NCBI GenBank assembly: GCA_024704765.1
Contig: JAKMXF010000321.1
Span: 310,001 to 374,000 of the forward strand
Length of the DNA stretch: 64,000 nt
Direction: 5' to 3'
Origin: Oopsacas minuta
Taxonomy: Eukaryota; Animalia; Porifera
Shown: positions 1-12,893 of the stretch, piece after piece
How the letters are laid out: each line of letters starts with the position of its first letter
Position numbering within the stretch: position 1 is the first letter of the stretch
Made by a program: the position numbers and the translations under genes
Notes under the pieces: generated by a model
Database searches by the model: none
What the model saw: only the letters and a program-made list of their open reading frames with translations
What the model was told of the DNA's origin: nothing

Positions 1-2101
1 ATTGCAATTAAGAATAAGGAGATTGAGCGTAGGATGGCAGATCTGAACCGGGAAAAGGATAAACTTAAAAAGCAGTTAGAACGGAATGAAGAGAGGGAAA
101 GAGAAAAGGAAATTAAATCACAAGAGAGAGACGCCAAACTTAAAAGGAAGGAAGAAATGCTAGATTTGAAAAATAAGGAAAGGGAATTGAAACTGAAATT
201 GAAAGAAGCTCAATTACAAGATAAGGAAAATGAAAGAAATAGAATTGAAGAAGAAAAGAATCGGAAAAAGGACAAAGTTCAAGCTGAACAAGAAAGATTC
301 AAAAACTTTTTTGTTTCAAAACCAACTCCCTCAAAACAACAGAATACTATTTCAACGACTGATTCTCGTTTTGTTCCCTTTCAAGTTAAAGACAATATGA
401 AGCTAGCTTGTTTACCTAGTAAACACATTGATCAAGAGGAATTTGACACATATTTGTCCTTAGAGACACAGGAATTCGATTCTAACACTTTACTAGCTGA
501 AATGAAATACAGACGACAACACAATATACATAAACAGAATCAACCAATGAAATTACAGAGTCAAAATGAGAATGATATTATAATAGTGACAGAGGGCGGA
601 GGTGACAGATTGTGTCGCAGTACTCAGCTACTTACGGTTAGATTCAAATTATTGCAATTTGTGGAGAATCAGAGACCAGCGTATTTTGGTACATTCTTCA
701 AACGGGGCATTCTAGTTACCGGGAGACGACCTTTTGGAATTGATTCTACAATCATGGATTATGAGGTGAGTATTTGTATTTCTATATATCCGTGTTAGAT
801 ATAATGGGAGTTCACCGTACATACTAGTTTAGACCCGCTTAAGTTACACGATATAGTATTGACTGAATAGAATTTAGGTAGACAGCGACCTTGAATGGGA
901 ACCAGATGATCCAGATGCTGAGAGTATAAAATCAAATGATTCAGATGAAGATGTATCAGGTAGTCAAAATGATTCGAATTCAGAGGACGGGTTCTTCGTA
1001 CCTCATGGGTATCTGTCCGAAGACGAGGGACACGGGTCTGAGGAGAATGATGAAGATTTCATCGAGGAGGAAATGATGGATCCTCACGCAAGCTACGAGG
1101 AGAAAAGGAAACAGAAACTTAAAGAAAAGCAAGATGCATGGTTAAGTGAGATTAGCAAAAAGTGTCAGTTATTGAAACCGTTTATAATATCTCGTATTTC
1201 AACTTCTCAACTTTCTTACGAAAATTTGGATAAAATAAACAAATGCACCGCTGTACTTCTAGTAGACGATCCGTTACAGGCAGCTCCACCTGCCATCACT
1301 GCGGCCTTCCCGTCTCGACCCAAGGGTGTACCGGATATGATTAACGCTACTTCACTTCCCTATTTCACTCAATACATACACGAGGAGAATATCGGAGTAG
1401 ATCGAGCTGTAATGCAATTCTGTATATTCTGGAATGAACACTATTTACCGATGAAGTATTCCGAAGCAAAACCCGATGACTTAACAAATTTGAAAGTTAA
1501 CAAAAGTAGATTAACAAAAACTATGCATAAAATCGCCAAAAAGATAGAAAACAAGCAATGGATCGTTAATGAAGAATTCTCATGCACAAACGTATTAGAC
1601 ATAAATGTAAAAAATGAGATTAGAAAACTCTTCCCCTCAAAAACTTTTAAAGTAATTGAAGAGACGGACAAAGGAATTTGCTCTTCCCCGAATATAGGGA
1701 ATAATAATACAGCTAAAACAGCTGATAAGAAAGATAACACAAAATTTGTGGGTCAAATACAATTGACAAAACTAGTACCACAACCTCAAAAACAACTGAA
1801 TTTTTATCAAACACAAAACGATACGAAAATCGACACAAAATCAATCACATCGATAAAACGGAAATCTCTCTCAGAATTGAAATCAGTCGTACGAATCGTC
1901 CAAGAGATTCCTATTTCCCCGCCTGACGTAGAAATGTCTGAAGTGAAAAGAGTAAAACTATCCACAAGTAACACGAGTATAGAATCGGACATAATTATAC
2001 TGGATACCCCGGTCAAAGAGAAGGGGAGAGTGGCGAGGAGGCTAGCGCTAGGTATGCAAGGAACAGACTCTAAAGGCACCTGTATACACGTATGGAAATA
2101 G
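1..2101 (+). CDS. CHAF1A: Chromatin assembly factor 1 subunit A (p150), 5'-partial; exons <1..765 and 878..2101
   Basis: Frame is open from base 1. K/E/R coiled coil, PIP-like QERFKNFF. Splicing GAG|gtgag (765/766) to tttag|GTA (877/878) gives the CAF-1 p150 signature DYEVDSDLEWE...DGFFVPHGYLSEDEG in frame with ORF 1073..2101. Confidence 0.92.
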
Positions 2102-2420
2102 TATTGATTTACCTTACAATTTTTATGAGTTTTTGTGTGATAATTATCACTTTAGAATGTTGGAATTGTGAATTGTCTTTTATTCGCTCTCAGGCGATAT
2201 ATGAATTATCTAATTTACTTAATCTGTGTTTGTTATGTCAAAACAAATTTCCAATAGCTCAATTTGATTCCATCTTTTCACCCACGTACCCTCTATACCA
2301 ATTTTGACACATTCTGTGGACCACCAAGAGTCCATGGATCCAAGGTTCGGGGATCGATGAATGGTTATGTTAATATTTTCACAGCTTTCCAATTAACTTC
2401 TAAACTACTAGAATTATATT

Positions 2421-3014
2421 ATGGAAATGTTACTAAGACTTTCGAAATTCCGATTTATTTTCCCAAAAATACAGATCTTACCAACATCCAATAGTTTATT
2501 TTCTCCAAGGAGTTACTCATATGATGAATTATCACACCTTAACAAGAAGGGTGAGATTAACATGGTGGATGTGGGCGCCAAAAGGGTGTCAAAACGTTAT
2601 ACTAAAGCCGTAGCTACAATTAATTTTGGTGATTCTGTTTTCAAAAGTTTAACGAATAATTTCAATTTCACTAAAAAGGGAAATATCTTTGAAGTGGCTA
2701 AGTTGTCTGGAATAATGGCAGCAAAGAGAACATCTGAACTTATCCCATTGTGCCACTCCGTGCCACTTGACCACGTGTCAATTGAAGTAACACCTTTACC
2801 AGATAGTTTCAGTTTGCGGTTAACTTGTGAGGTGACATGTGAATCTAAAACTGGGTGTGAAATGGAGGCTTTATTAGGAGTGAATGTGGCATGTCTTGCT
2901 GTATATGATATGTGTAAATCATTATCTCATAATATTTGTATTGAGAGAGTACAGCTGGTGGAGAAAAGTGGTGGAAAATCAGGACACTTTATTAACAACT
3001 TTGGAAACAGTTGA
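2421..3014 (+). CDS. MOCS1: Cyclic pyranopterin monophosphate synthase (MoaC/MOCS1B), single exon, with a basic N-terminal presequence-like extension
   Basis: MoaC motifs LSHL..KGEINMVDV, GIMAAKRTSELIPLCH, TGCEMEAL, YDMCKS, LVEKSGGKSG. Only the MoaC half is present. Confidence 0.9.
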   Translation: MEMLLRLSKFRFIFPKIQILPTSNSLFSPRSYSYDELSHLNKKGEINMVDVGAKRVSKRYTKAVATINFGDSVFKSLTNNFNFTKKGNIFEVAKLSGIMAAKRTSELIPLCHSVPLDHVSIEVTPLPDSFSLRLTCEVTCESKTGCEMEALLGVNVACLAVYDMCKSLSHNICIERVQLVEKSGGKSGHFINNFGNS

Positions 3015-3327
3015 TCTTATGAATTATGTTTTTTACTCAATTTATTTATGTCACAATTGCTTGTGGCATAAACCACTTCGCATAGACATATCTCGAAAAG
3101 TATAAGTGTGTTTTATATGCTCAAAATTGCGATATATGTAAGTCAGAGTTCCCTCTTCACGAAAAGTTGCGTCTCGGGACAATTCGTCTAAAGGGCCTGG
3201 AGAATTTCTCTCAGATATAATTACAATTTTCTCCTGTTAGTTGGATATATTGGTCAGTTTGACTCCATTAAGATAACGACTAATCCAAATACATTTAGAT
3301 ATTTCTGGTCTGGGTTTCAACATATAA

Positions 3328-3406
3328 TACATTCTGAGATCCTGTGGACCCCTGCTGTCGCCCTTGGATCACCGAGGGATCCATGGACCTCAGTTTAGGA
3401 ACCGCT
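3328..3406. mobile_element. Fragment of hAT-like short element (family D)
   Basis: Shares agatcctgtggacccctgctgtcg with 62196-62222 and ends aggaaccgct, like the gggaaccgctg TIR at 48490-48500. Confidence 0.5.
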
Positions 3407-3460
3407 TTCATCCTATCCTTAAAATAGTCCCCAATAACTGGAGTACTGTTTAATCTAGTT

Positions 3461-6400
3461 ATGGCTGAAGGTAAATCTTCTAAAGAAGTTAGATCTCTCC
3501 TGAAGAGAGCTAAGTCCTGCGTGGATAAATCAGATTATATTACAGCTATACAGCACCTGAATAATGTACTAAATTTAGAACAAGATAATTGTAATGGATT
3601 ACTGATGAAGGGGTTTGTGCTGATTAAGCAGGGAGGTACTGATGAGGCTGAGAGTGTCCTCTGGAGGGTTGTGGAGTTACAGGAAGGGGGAATGTCTGGA
3701 TGGCAGGGACTCAAGGAGCTTTATGAAAGGGAGGGAGGAACTGAAACTAGAAAGGATAAGGTAAAAGTTGTTTGTTTGTTCGTTTGTTGATTGATTGATT
3801 GATTGATTTGTTTGTTTGTTTATTTGTTTGTTTGTTTATTTGTTTGTTTGTTTGATTGTTTGATTGTTTGTTTATTTGTTTGTTTAGGAATCTCTGTGTA
3901 GAGTGTATACAAATCTTCTCAAACTATATTCAGAAGAAAACAAGAAATTTACAATTCTAGAAAAACTATCAAATATTCTAATCAGACTAGACCGTAAGCT
4001 AGAAGCTCTGGATTATTATATTTCATATTTCTCCATATGTGTTGAGCAAAATAAACAACAACAAATATACAAATACTGGGAGCAGACATTAAATATTTGT
4101 GTCAACAAAACTTCAAAACAAAAATTTGATGAATTATTTCCAAAAATCAGAGAATTTTATTTGAATCTTTCAGAAAATGGATTTATAAATGACGTCATTA
4201 TTCCATACATAACTCTATTGTATAACAAAATATTTTTGTCATATGAAAATTATGATATTTTCACACTTCACATCATTGAGGTTATTTGCCAGTTAGAAAC
4301 AGAAATTCCAGAAAATGTTTGTTTTATGGCTAAAGAAATGTTGTTTGTATTTACTCTCACTTTTTATGATAAAATTGATATTCAAGGGTGTGAATTTATG
4401 ATTAATACTGTTCTTGATGATTTGTTGAAGTTAATTTGTCAAGAAAAGTTCATTCAATCTTTTGAGAAATTACACCTGTTATCAGATTTTGAGAATTCTA
4501 TTTTTCCAGGAAAATGGGCAAAATTGAAATGTTTTTTCGGAACTTATCAGTTTCGAAAGGTTACAGATATATGTTATGAAGAGCTAGGTGTTATAAACAG
4601 GAACCAAACACCTCATTGGTTCCATTTATGGTACAAAAATGAGTTATTACTCATGCTAGCTGAAACATATTTTGAGATGGAAGATATTAAACATTCAAAA
4701 AATATTCTCACAGAGCTCAAAAACTTAGATTCTAAACAGGAACTGAAACTAAAATATATGAAAATTTGTTTATTAATTTCTGATAAACATTTTGAGGAAG
4801 CTCTAACTTTATTTGAAACTGTCAGCTATAAAAATGACGTCATAAAATGGCTATGTTTGAAAAGTGAAATTCTCTCACAGAACGGATCAAACGATAAATC
4901 GATTGAGCTAATTAAACAGCTGATAAATGAGAATGACACCTCATCTCTCTGCCACTTCACTTTAGGAATGTGTTATTGGAGAAGTGGTTTAGTGGCACGA
5001 GAAGATAAAGAAAAGTGTCTTAAATGTTTCTTGATATCTTTCAGTTTAGACCAACTCAATTATAAACCAATGCAATACATTGGTAATTACTATAATACTG
5101 TAAGTTCATTGTCACATATTGAAAACTGTAGTACATAAGCTAATGACCGGAAATTTCACACTTTTTCGTGCGTTTGTCCGTACAAAAACTGCTCGCGTTT
5201 TGTGTTATAAACAAATCAAGATATCCTAGAACAACATCCAAGCAGATAAACTAAATGCACAATCCATGGTTAAATAAGTAATTTTTGACGATACACCCGA
5301 TATCCAGTTATTTTCTGTATAGATTTCAATCAATCTCACCAAATCCCGTAAATGCTTTGAGAAAGCTTGTCAGCTGGCTCCATGGAGTAACAAGCTAGGA
5401 CAGGTATACGGAGACTTACTGATAGATCTCGGACAAGAAGAATATGCTTTGGAATTCTACAGAAGTTTGTCTCTTAAAATATCTCCAAACACAGGGAAAT
5501 GGATTTGGATAAGATTAGGATTAAGTGAGAGAAAAGCTAAGAACTTCCCAGAAACTATTCGATGTTTTCAGAATGCTCTTAACTGTGATGAATCAGATCC
5601 TAGGGTCCTAGAATGTCTGGGGGAAGTATACTTGGTCAGAGGGAGCTTGCTGGGAGCTCTAGCTAGCTTTGAGGCTGTACTGAAGATAGAGGAGGATAAT
5701 TTGTTCTGTTTATATGAGACAGGATGTATTAGGAAAGAAGCAGGAGAAACGATTGAGGCTGTAGATATTTTTCAGAAGGTTCTGCAGTTAAACTCCACGT
5801 AAGTCAGTAGATATTATTATAGCGACTCCTGCGGATTGATTGACATCCCCATACTGCCATAAATTCTCATAGCTCCTGTAATGCCATGTAAGTGTCCAAT
5901 AGCCATCAGGCCCCATACTTAACAACCCTAAAATTATCCAGGAATATAGCAAAAAATAGACAAATTTCCAGAATTTTTTGTATAATGTTCCTCTGGGGTC
6001 TGGATATGAATTGAAATTCAGGGTTCCTGGGAGAATTGGCTTGTATGAAAGTCAGTTCATATTACTTCTTTCCATTCTATTTCCTTAGATACATACCAGC
6101 TCTTCTCTCAGCAGCAGAATGTCACTACAATATATCAGTAGAATCTATTCATACAGGTTTATTACCTGTAGCTGTTATACACATAGAGAAAGGATTAGAG
6201 TTTGTAGCTAAATGTTGTGAACTGAAATCTGACTACATATCTGTATGGTTATGTATCGGGGAGATTGGAATGTTAGGGAGACATTTTGATGCTCATACAA
6301 AGATTAATACAAACTCTACTACACTGTTTCCTCAACTAAAAGACAATATGGTATAATTAACTGCTACTAATAGCTGCCTAACTGCCATCTCTGTATAACT

Positions 6401-9400
6401 GTCACCTTCATAGCGGCCACTTATGGCCAGTCCTTCGTGGCTGTTATAGGCAAGTTTGACTATATATTCTTTCTAGGTTAGCCCTGCTGACCTCCTCCAG
6501 TTGTCTATAAAGAGTTTCCACATGTGTGTATCCCTCTCTCCTCATCACTCTAATCTCCTCTATTTGCTATCTCTATCTTACTATTATTCTATGACAGATG
6601 GAAGTATTGAATTAGCTTACAAGTATTGTATGAATGCTATTATACTTAATGATGGAGATTATAGGTACTGGAATCTGTTAGGTAAATATTATTAGGCTAC
6701 TATTAGTTGGAAACTTGCTTCAGCTCCACCGCCCGCATCAAGTTTACCTTCCGTATTAATAGTGCCATTATTTCACCATTTTACCTGTGATATTCAACTA
6801 AACAATATATTTACTAACTAACCGGTGAATGGTAGTGATTTTATCTTATGTTGAGCTGAAACAAGTTTCTCATTAACAGAGGTCTTATGAGTATCTTATA
6901 GCCACGAATTCTTTAGGGCTAATCCTGCTGTCAAGAGAAGTGAGACAATCCTCCTTAATAAGACACTCATTTGTAAAATCTCTGAGTTTGCAATCAGATC
7001 ACATAACTTGGACTAACCTCGGTTATTTCTATATGACAGAAGGAGAGTACGAATTAGCTCTGAAGTGTTTTGAGAATGCTAAATCTACAGATCCTCTATC
7101 TATCTATCCTTGGATAGGATTAGCATTCATGGCTCAGTTGTTTAACAGACATAAACAAAGTTTAGGTTTATTTCGTCATCAGAATGGTATGGGATATCAG
7201 CAGGAATCTGCTCTGTTGTTTGGATGGAAAGTTTGTGAGGTTATTGTGCAGAGTGATAAGAAGGAAATATATGGATGCAATGGGGAAGTTAAGGTTAGTT
7301 ATAAGCGCCATAGACAGATTAGTACTTAAACGGTCTGGGAAATAATCCGAAGCCAATTAAGCTCATCAACTCATCATTTCACCGACCCACTGCGCATTTG
7401 CCCGGCGTTCCTGCGACCGGCAGCCCAATCCGCCCTTGTAAGCAACGGTTAGCTGCACGCAAGGTTATATTTTGCGAGTAATTGGGCTAAGGCGGGTGTA
7501 GCATTTGTATTGGTATAATCTACCGAGAGGGGAAAATTCTGATTTTTGCCGCGTTTCGGCGGGACTTATACTCAATTTGTTGGTATGTATATGCGAACTT
7601 CAAAGTTGCATAAACTTAAAATCCAAAATATAGAAACCAAAACAGAGAATAGAAATGATAGGAACAAACTTCGTTACCCTCGGAGTGTATCATATATTTA
7701 TATCTCTAATATTTGTAGCCTGAATTCCTGGACTATCTATTACTAGCCAGAGACAGACTGTATCATTACTCATTACACCATAGTAATGCTACGGCTAGTA
7801 ACATGTTAGCTGTATTGTATGAGATGGAAGGAGTATACACATTAGCTGTAGATACATATATGATAGCTATACACATGCTGGATACCGAATCTAAGGTGAA
7901 TTGTATACATTTATTTACCGTCACTTCCTTTATTTGGAAACTTGTTCCAGCTCCACTGCCCGCTTCAAGTTTACCTGCCGTATGAATTTTGTAATTATTT
8001 TACTATATTATCAGTGAAACCAACTACACAATATATTTACTAACTAACGGGTGAATAGTAGTGATTATATCTTCACAGACATTACTTCCAATTATCGAAA
8101 ATTATTTTCGCAGGAATACACCAAAGTATTAACAAACTTAATCCGAGCTAGCAACAAAGCGAAGAGAAAGGAATTCAACAAAGAATTATTACACAAACTA
8201 CCGAAATCTCCTACAAATATTCTACAGAATTCCATCTCTCTATTTTATGCAAGAAATTACACAGAAAGTTTGAATCTACTCAACGAGTTAATTCCTCTAA
8301 TTGAGCATGAAGATGATATAAATGATGTAAACTATATGATTGGATTAGTTGCTAATCAGGCCAGAGACCAGAGACTAGCTAATGGTACCCTCGCAAAGGT
8401 GTGAAAATATACATAGAGCTGGGTTATTGCTTATTAGGGTGTTAAGCTCGATAAAAATCAGGGCTTTTAGTAACACTAACGTCGGAAAATTCTCATTATT
8501 TGTCTGTTAAATACGGTAAAATGAACTAAATATAGCAGTCAACTCCCGTCATATCTAACACAGACATATCCAAATACCCGTTTATATGAAGTCTTCATTG
8601 TACAAATATGGCCCCAAAGTGTCGAAGTAACATATATTCCGTCGGTTATCTCGAACTATTTATTGCAGTCTCTTAAGCTTCGATATAACGAGAATTGATT
8701 GTATTTCTTTTGCACCAATTTACCTATTTATTCATTTAGTTATCTAAAGGGAAGTTGCCTCTAGAGGCTTGTACAGCTCTATGCTGTATAGGATTTGTGT
8801 ATGGAAATCTTAAACTGGTGGAAGGATCTGTGACACGAATGCATGAGGTGTCATGTGGAGATTGGGGTGCTCCTCCCTGCCATAACCTCTCCCAAGTTGT
8901 TCTAATTTTAGAATCTCTTCTCTTACATTATTCTTCTGATAGTAAGGGAATAAGTATAGAGATTGTAAAGGTAAGGCCCTTATTAATTGGTACTATCATT
9001 ATTTGATGCGGGAAGTGGAGCTGAAACAAGCTTCCAACTAGTCAAATAATTCAGAATTATCTATAGAAATTGGATGATTTGGTGACACAACTCTCTCCTA
9101 AAGTATCCGACACTTCAACCCAGAAAATAAAATTACTCTCTGATCTACAAAATGGTGTTAAACTGCCACTTTGTCAACCAACACCTCCAAAAATCGTAAC
9201 AGCATTTATACAACCGGATATACTCAACCAATCAGATTTAGAGTTAGAAATACAACCAACTGATAGACTGGAACTAAAGGAAGAATTAGTTCCAGTTATG
9301 ACAACAAAACAGTGTATGAAAACAGCACAGAAATTAATATATGTTAATCCTAGTGACGTCACCTGTTGGACTAATCTAATTATTTCTATTTCTTATCAGA

Positions 9401-10466
9401 TATGGTTATCAGCTGATAGAACAGCTGAGACTCAGTTAATGGTGGTGCTAGTTGTGTTGCTGAGGAGACTGATTGAGAGTTCAAAGGTAAGAGGGTGTCA
9501 TATTTTAATAGCCCGTAAGATAAGTAAATTTGCTGGTTTATTCCAAATTAGCATGAATTGTTGTAAAATACGGTCTAACCCTCAGAAACAGGGTGTAAGG
9601 GATACATAAATTGCTATCCCATTTCTCTGTTTCTGCCAATTTCCCCGATTGTAGGGTTCATTTGTATGGGACTAGGAATTCGCTCTATTGTCTTCACTCC
9701 TTTTCCATAAGTTTCCCGTTTGTGGAGGTGACACTTTATCTTGCAACCGAGTACGAAATAGTTAAAATTAATATTTAACTCGGTTTAATGTATTATTCAG
9801 GAAATATCATCCCTCAACAATTGGTGTATACAGACATATATTTCATTAGTGTTCTATTTCAAACCGTTTGGAATTTATTTTGAAGATTTCTCAGTTGTCA
9901 CTGAGCACCCCTTAGCACTTGTATACCGTACCATTCAGACTCTCAAACAATCTCCAGACACAGAGCTGATTGACTTATGCAAGGATACACTACAGACACA
10001 AATAGCTCTGTGTAGATATCTCGTGAAGATAGATAGCTATATTCCAGCACTGAATTCCTATAAGACAGCTCTGATGTTAGGGAAATCTATTTCTAATCAG
10101 TGTATGGTAAGTCTAGGGACAGTAGAACCTCGGGGACCCGAACGAAATTATGATGCAATTGTCACCTTTTGGATATCGAAAAAAGCGCATTCTCGAATAC
10201 TGTCCAAATCTTGGAGATTCTCTGTAATATTAATTATTCCTTCTTAGGTATTTGTTTTGATAGAAATGGCTTTGCAATCTATTTGTTGGTTTAAACGTTG
10301 TGTGAGAGAGAAAGTTAAATTCCCACAAGAAGTAAATCTACACAAAATAGCTAAAGATAATCTCATCAAAAGCAAACAGCTGATACCTCAAATCTCAGAT
10401 TTAACTGAAGTGTTAAAGAAAGCTAATGAAGATTTGCATAATGAATTTTATTTTATACAAAAATGA
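3461..10466 (+). CDS. SKIC3: Superkiller complex protein 3 (TTC37/SKI3), TPR-rich, about 1489 aa, 12 exons
   Basis: N-terminus SSKEVRSLLKRAK...WQGLKELYER resembles TTC37; TPR repeats throughout. Phase-consistent GT-AG exons: 3461-3760, 3888-5099, 5323-5798, 6089-6350, 6477-6681, 6917-7293, 7719-7895, 8114-8398, 8740-8970, 9067-9486, 9801-10106, 10248-10466 (4470 nt). Confidence 0.88.
3768..3885 (+). repeat. (TGTT)n/(TGAT)n microsatellite filling SKI3 intron 1
   Basis: Directly visible tetranucleotide tract running up to the 3' splice AG at 3886-3887. Confidence 0.95.
6704..6875. mobile_element. MITE family E in SKI3 intron 5
   Basis: Ends gttggaaacttgcttcagctc / gagctgaaacaagtttctca are inverted repeats; interior is homologous to 7934-8072. 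Confidence 0.7.
7934..8072. mobile_element. MITE family E, truncated copy in SKI3 intron 7
   Basis: ttggaaacttgttccagctccactgcccgcttcaagtttacc and aatatatttactaactaac.ggtgaat.gtagtgatt match the 6704 copy. A right-end fragment also lies at 9008-9040. Confidence 0.65.
8534..8703. mobile_element. MITE family A (CAGT-ended, pogo/Tigger-like) in SKI3 intron 8
   Basis: Left cagtcaactcccgtcatatct, right ttcgatataacgagaattgattgta; interior is the reverse complement of the family core. Confidence 0.75.
9570..9740. mobile_element. MITE family B copy in SKI3 intron 10
   Basis: ggttcatttgtatgggactaggaattcgctc is the exact 31-nt reverse complement of sequence at about 29735-29765. Confidence 0.65.
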
Positions 10467-10976
10467 CGGTAGAGAATGGAATAGAAAATATTTTTCTAAT
10501 ATTTTTGCAATATTTACGAATTCGGTAAGATCCATTGTGTATAGAGTTGACTGTATGGAAGCAGTATAATGTACTCTAGGCCATAAATGTATAGCTTTGC
10601 TGATTGATTATACAATTATTATCAGTCTAGACCCGGAAACCTACATACTGCCGTTTCCGCTTATTCTCATTATTTCATCACAGGTGCGTAATTACAGTAT
10701 TTCCCGCTTAATTATCCTATAAATATTCGAATAATTGGTTGGGTGAATGGGATAATTGATCGAAAATACTGCAGCAACGTATAAGAGTGTTTGCTTCCTC
10801 GCCTTTCCACCCTTTGCCCTCATTTGGCTATTGTAATAGCTGTTTTACGAGTAAATATTCATCTTCGCTGTGAGATTTCTAGTTACCCCTGGCATGAGCT
10901 AGTCAGCTAATAAATAGAATCTATTCCATTACATCATTTTATACAATCATACGTAGGATTAAATATTTCTTTAGAA

Positions 10977-12749
10977 ATGGCAGATAAGATCTTCCCAACC
11001 AAAAAGCTAATAAACTCTCCATCAACATCAGTAGAAGATAGTCTTAACGGTTTAACACTAGTATACCCGTCCTTACAGCTGCTACGGAGTAGACATAAGA
11101 TCGTAATCAGGTCTGATATTGATGACGTCATATCAAGTGGGCAAGTTACCCTGGTATGTGGAGGAGGGAGTGGTCATGAACCTGCACATGTTGGGTTCGT
11201 CGGGAAAGGAATGCTGACCGCCGCGGTGCCAGGGGCCGTCTTTGCATCCCCTCCTTCAGAAGCGATCCTCGCGTCCTTCCGAGCGGTCACAACACCCGCC
11301 GGTACGTTAGCTATCGTAACTAACTACACAGGAGATAGACTTAACTTTGGTATAGCAGTAGAGAAGGCTAGAGCTGAAGGGATTAAAGTAGAAATGATTG
11401 TCATTGGGGACGATTGTGCTCTCCCTTCTGTGTCTAAGACAGCTGGACGCCGAGGGCTTTGTGGCACTATTCTAATTTACAAAATAGCAGGTGCAATGGC
11501 TGAGCAAGGGTGTGACCTCGACACTATTTACAAAAAGGTGTTAAAAGTGGCAGAATGTGTCGGTACGATTGGTGTTAGTTTGAATCCATGTAGTGTACCA
11601 GGTAGATCACCAAATTTCATCCTGGGCCCAGATGAAATTGAGCTAGGTCTGGGTATCCATGGTGAAGCTGGTTATAAACGGTGTAAACTAGAATCGTGTG
11701 AAAAAATGGTTGAAATAATATTAAATCAACTGTCAAGTATTGAGCCAGGTTATAAATATTTTCAATTACAGCCGAATAGCCACGTGGTCCTTGTAGTTAA
11801 CAATCTTGGCGGTTTGTCTAATCTTGAAATGGGGATTGTTGCGAAAGAGGCTATTCGGTTTCTGACCAATAAGAGAGGTGTTTGTGTAGAAATGGCTTAT
11901 ATGGGCACATTTATGACTTCACTAGAAATGCAGGGGGTATCTCTAACACTTCTGGAGTACACAGAAGAACTCGGTCAATACCTGGACTGTCCGACAGAAG
12001 CACCAGCTTGGCCCAATGGGTGCACAGGCAGGAGACTAGCTAAGGGCGGACAGTTTGCTATAAATGCTAGTCAAAGAGCTGAAGACAGAGATATTGCTTC
12101 TAAGACTTTGCTAGGTGTCGGGATTGGGAAGGAGTCGCTATTTATAGAATGTTTAGAATCAGTTTGTTTAGCTCTATCCGAGAATAAAGATAGACTAGAC
12201 AAACTAGACTCTATAGGGGGAGATGGAGACTGCGGATCTACACTGTATGCAGGATCACAGGCTATTCTAACTGAGATTGACAGTTTAGCTGAAATGAATC
12301 ATTCACAGTCTCTGCTTAAGATTGCTAGCATTGTAGAAAGGGTGATGGGTGGAGCGTCCGGAGCATTGTACTCTCTATTCTTAACAGCTGCTGCGGGACA
12401 ACTAGACACCCCTTGTGTACCCAGGAGCTGGGTAGAGGCCTTATCAAGGGGTGTAGAGTCTGTCGCGAAGTACGGGGGAGCATCCCCGGGAGATCGCACT
12501 ATGCTAGATGCGTTACATCCTACAGTACATTATCTATACAATTCTAGTACTATAAATTCTAATGCAATTCAATCAGCTGTTCAGCTGTGTAATGAAGGGG
12601 CTAATGCGACCAAAGGGATGTGTGCTAGAGCTGGGAGAGCTAGCTATGTGAGTCAGGATCTGTTGAGAGATGAAGATCCAGGAGCTGTTGCTGTTAGTAT
12701 TTGGTTTAATGCTATTGGTAGGGTTTTAGCGAAGAAATGGAAATGTTAG
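10977..12749 (+). CDS. TKFC: Triokinase/FMN cyclase (dihydroxyacetone kinase), intronless
   Basis: Dak1 motifs GGGSGHEP, VFASPP, NYTGDRLNFG, GRRGLCG, GIHGEAG; Dak2 motifs GDGDCG, GDRTMLDAL, GRASY, DPGA. Confidence 0.96.
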   Translation: MADKIFPTKKLINSPSTSVEDSLNGLTLVYPSLQLLRSRHKIVIRSDIDDVISSGQVTLVCGGGSGHEPAHVGFVGKGMLTAAVPGAVFASPPSEAILASFRAVTTPAGTLAIVTNYTGDRLNFGIAVEKARAEGIKVEMIVIGDDCALPSVSKTAGRRGLCGTILIYKIAGAMAEQGCDLDTIYKKVLKVAECVGTIGVSLNPCSVPGRSPNFILGPDEIELGLGIHGEAGYKRCKLESCEKMVEIILNQLSSIEPGYKYFQLQPNSHVVLVVNNLGGLSNLEMGIVAKEAIRFLTNKRGVCVEMAYMGTFMTSLEMQGVSLTLLEYTEELGQYLDCPTEAPAWPNGCTGRRLAKGGQFAINASQRAEDRDIASKTLLGVGIGKESLFIECLESVCLALSENKDRLDKLDSIGGDGDCGSTLYAGSQAILTEIDSLAEMNHSQSLLKIASIVERVMGGASGALYSLFLTAAAGQLDTPCVPRSWVEALSRGVESVAKYGGASPGDRTMLDALHPTVHYLYNSSTINSNAIQSAVQLCNEGANATKGMCARAGRASYVSQDLLRDEDPGAVAVSIWFNAIGRVLAKKWKC

Positions 12750-12893
12750 TGTTTATATTTATTTATTTCCTAATCTATTGTATTCCCAATACTATACTAC
12801 AGATAGAATACTTCATAATTCAAGCAAATTCCACTTTGTTCACAAAGATTTCCATTCACAAACTAAACAGCTTATTTAAAGAAATAATATTAA

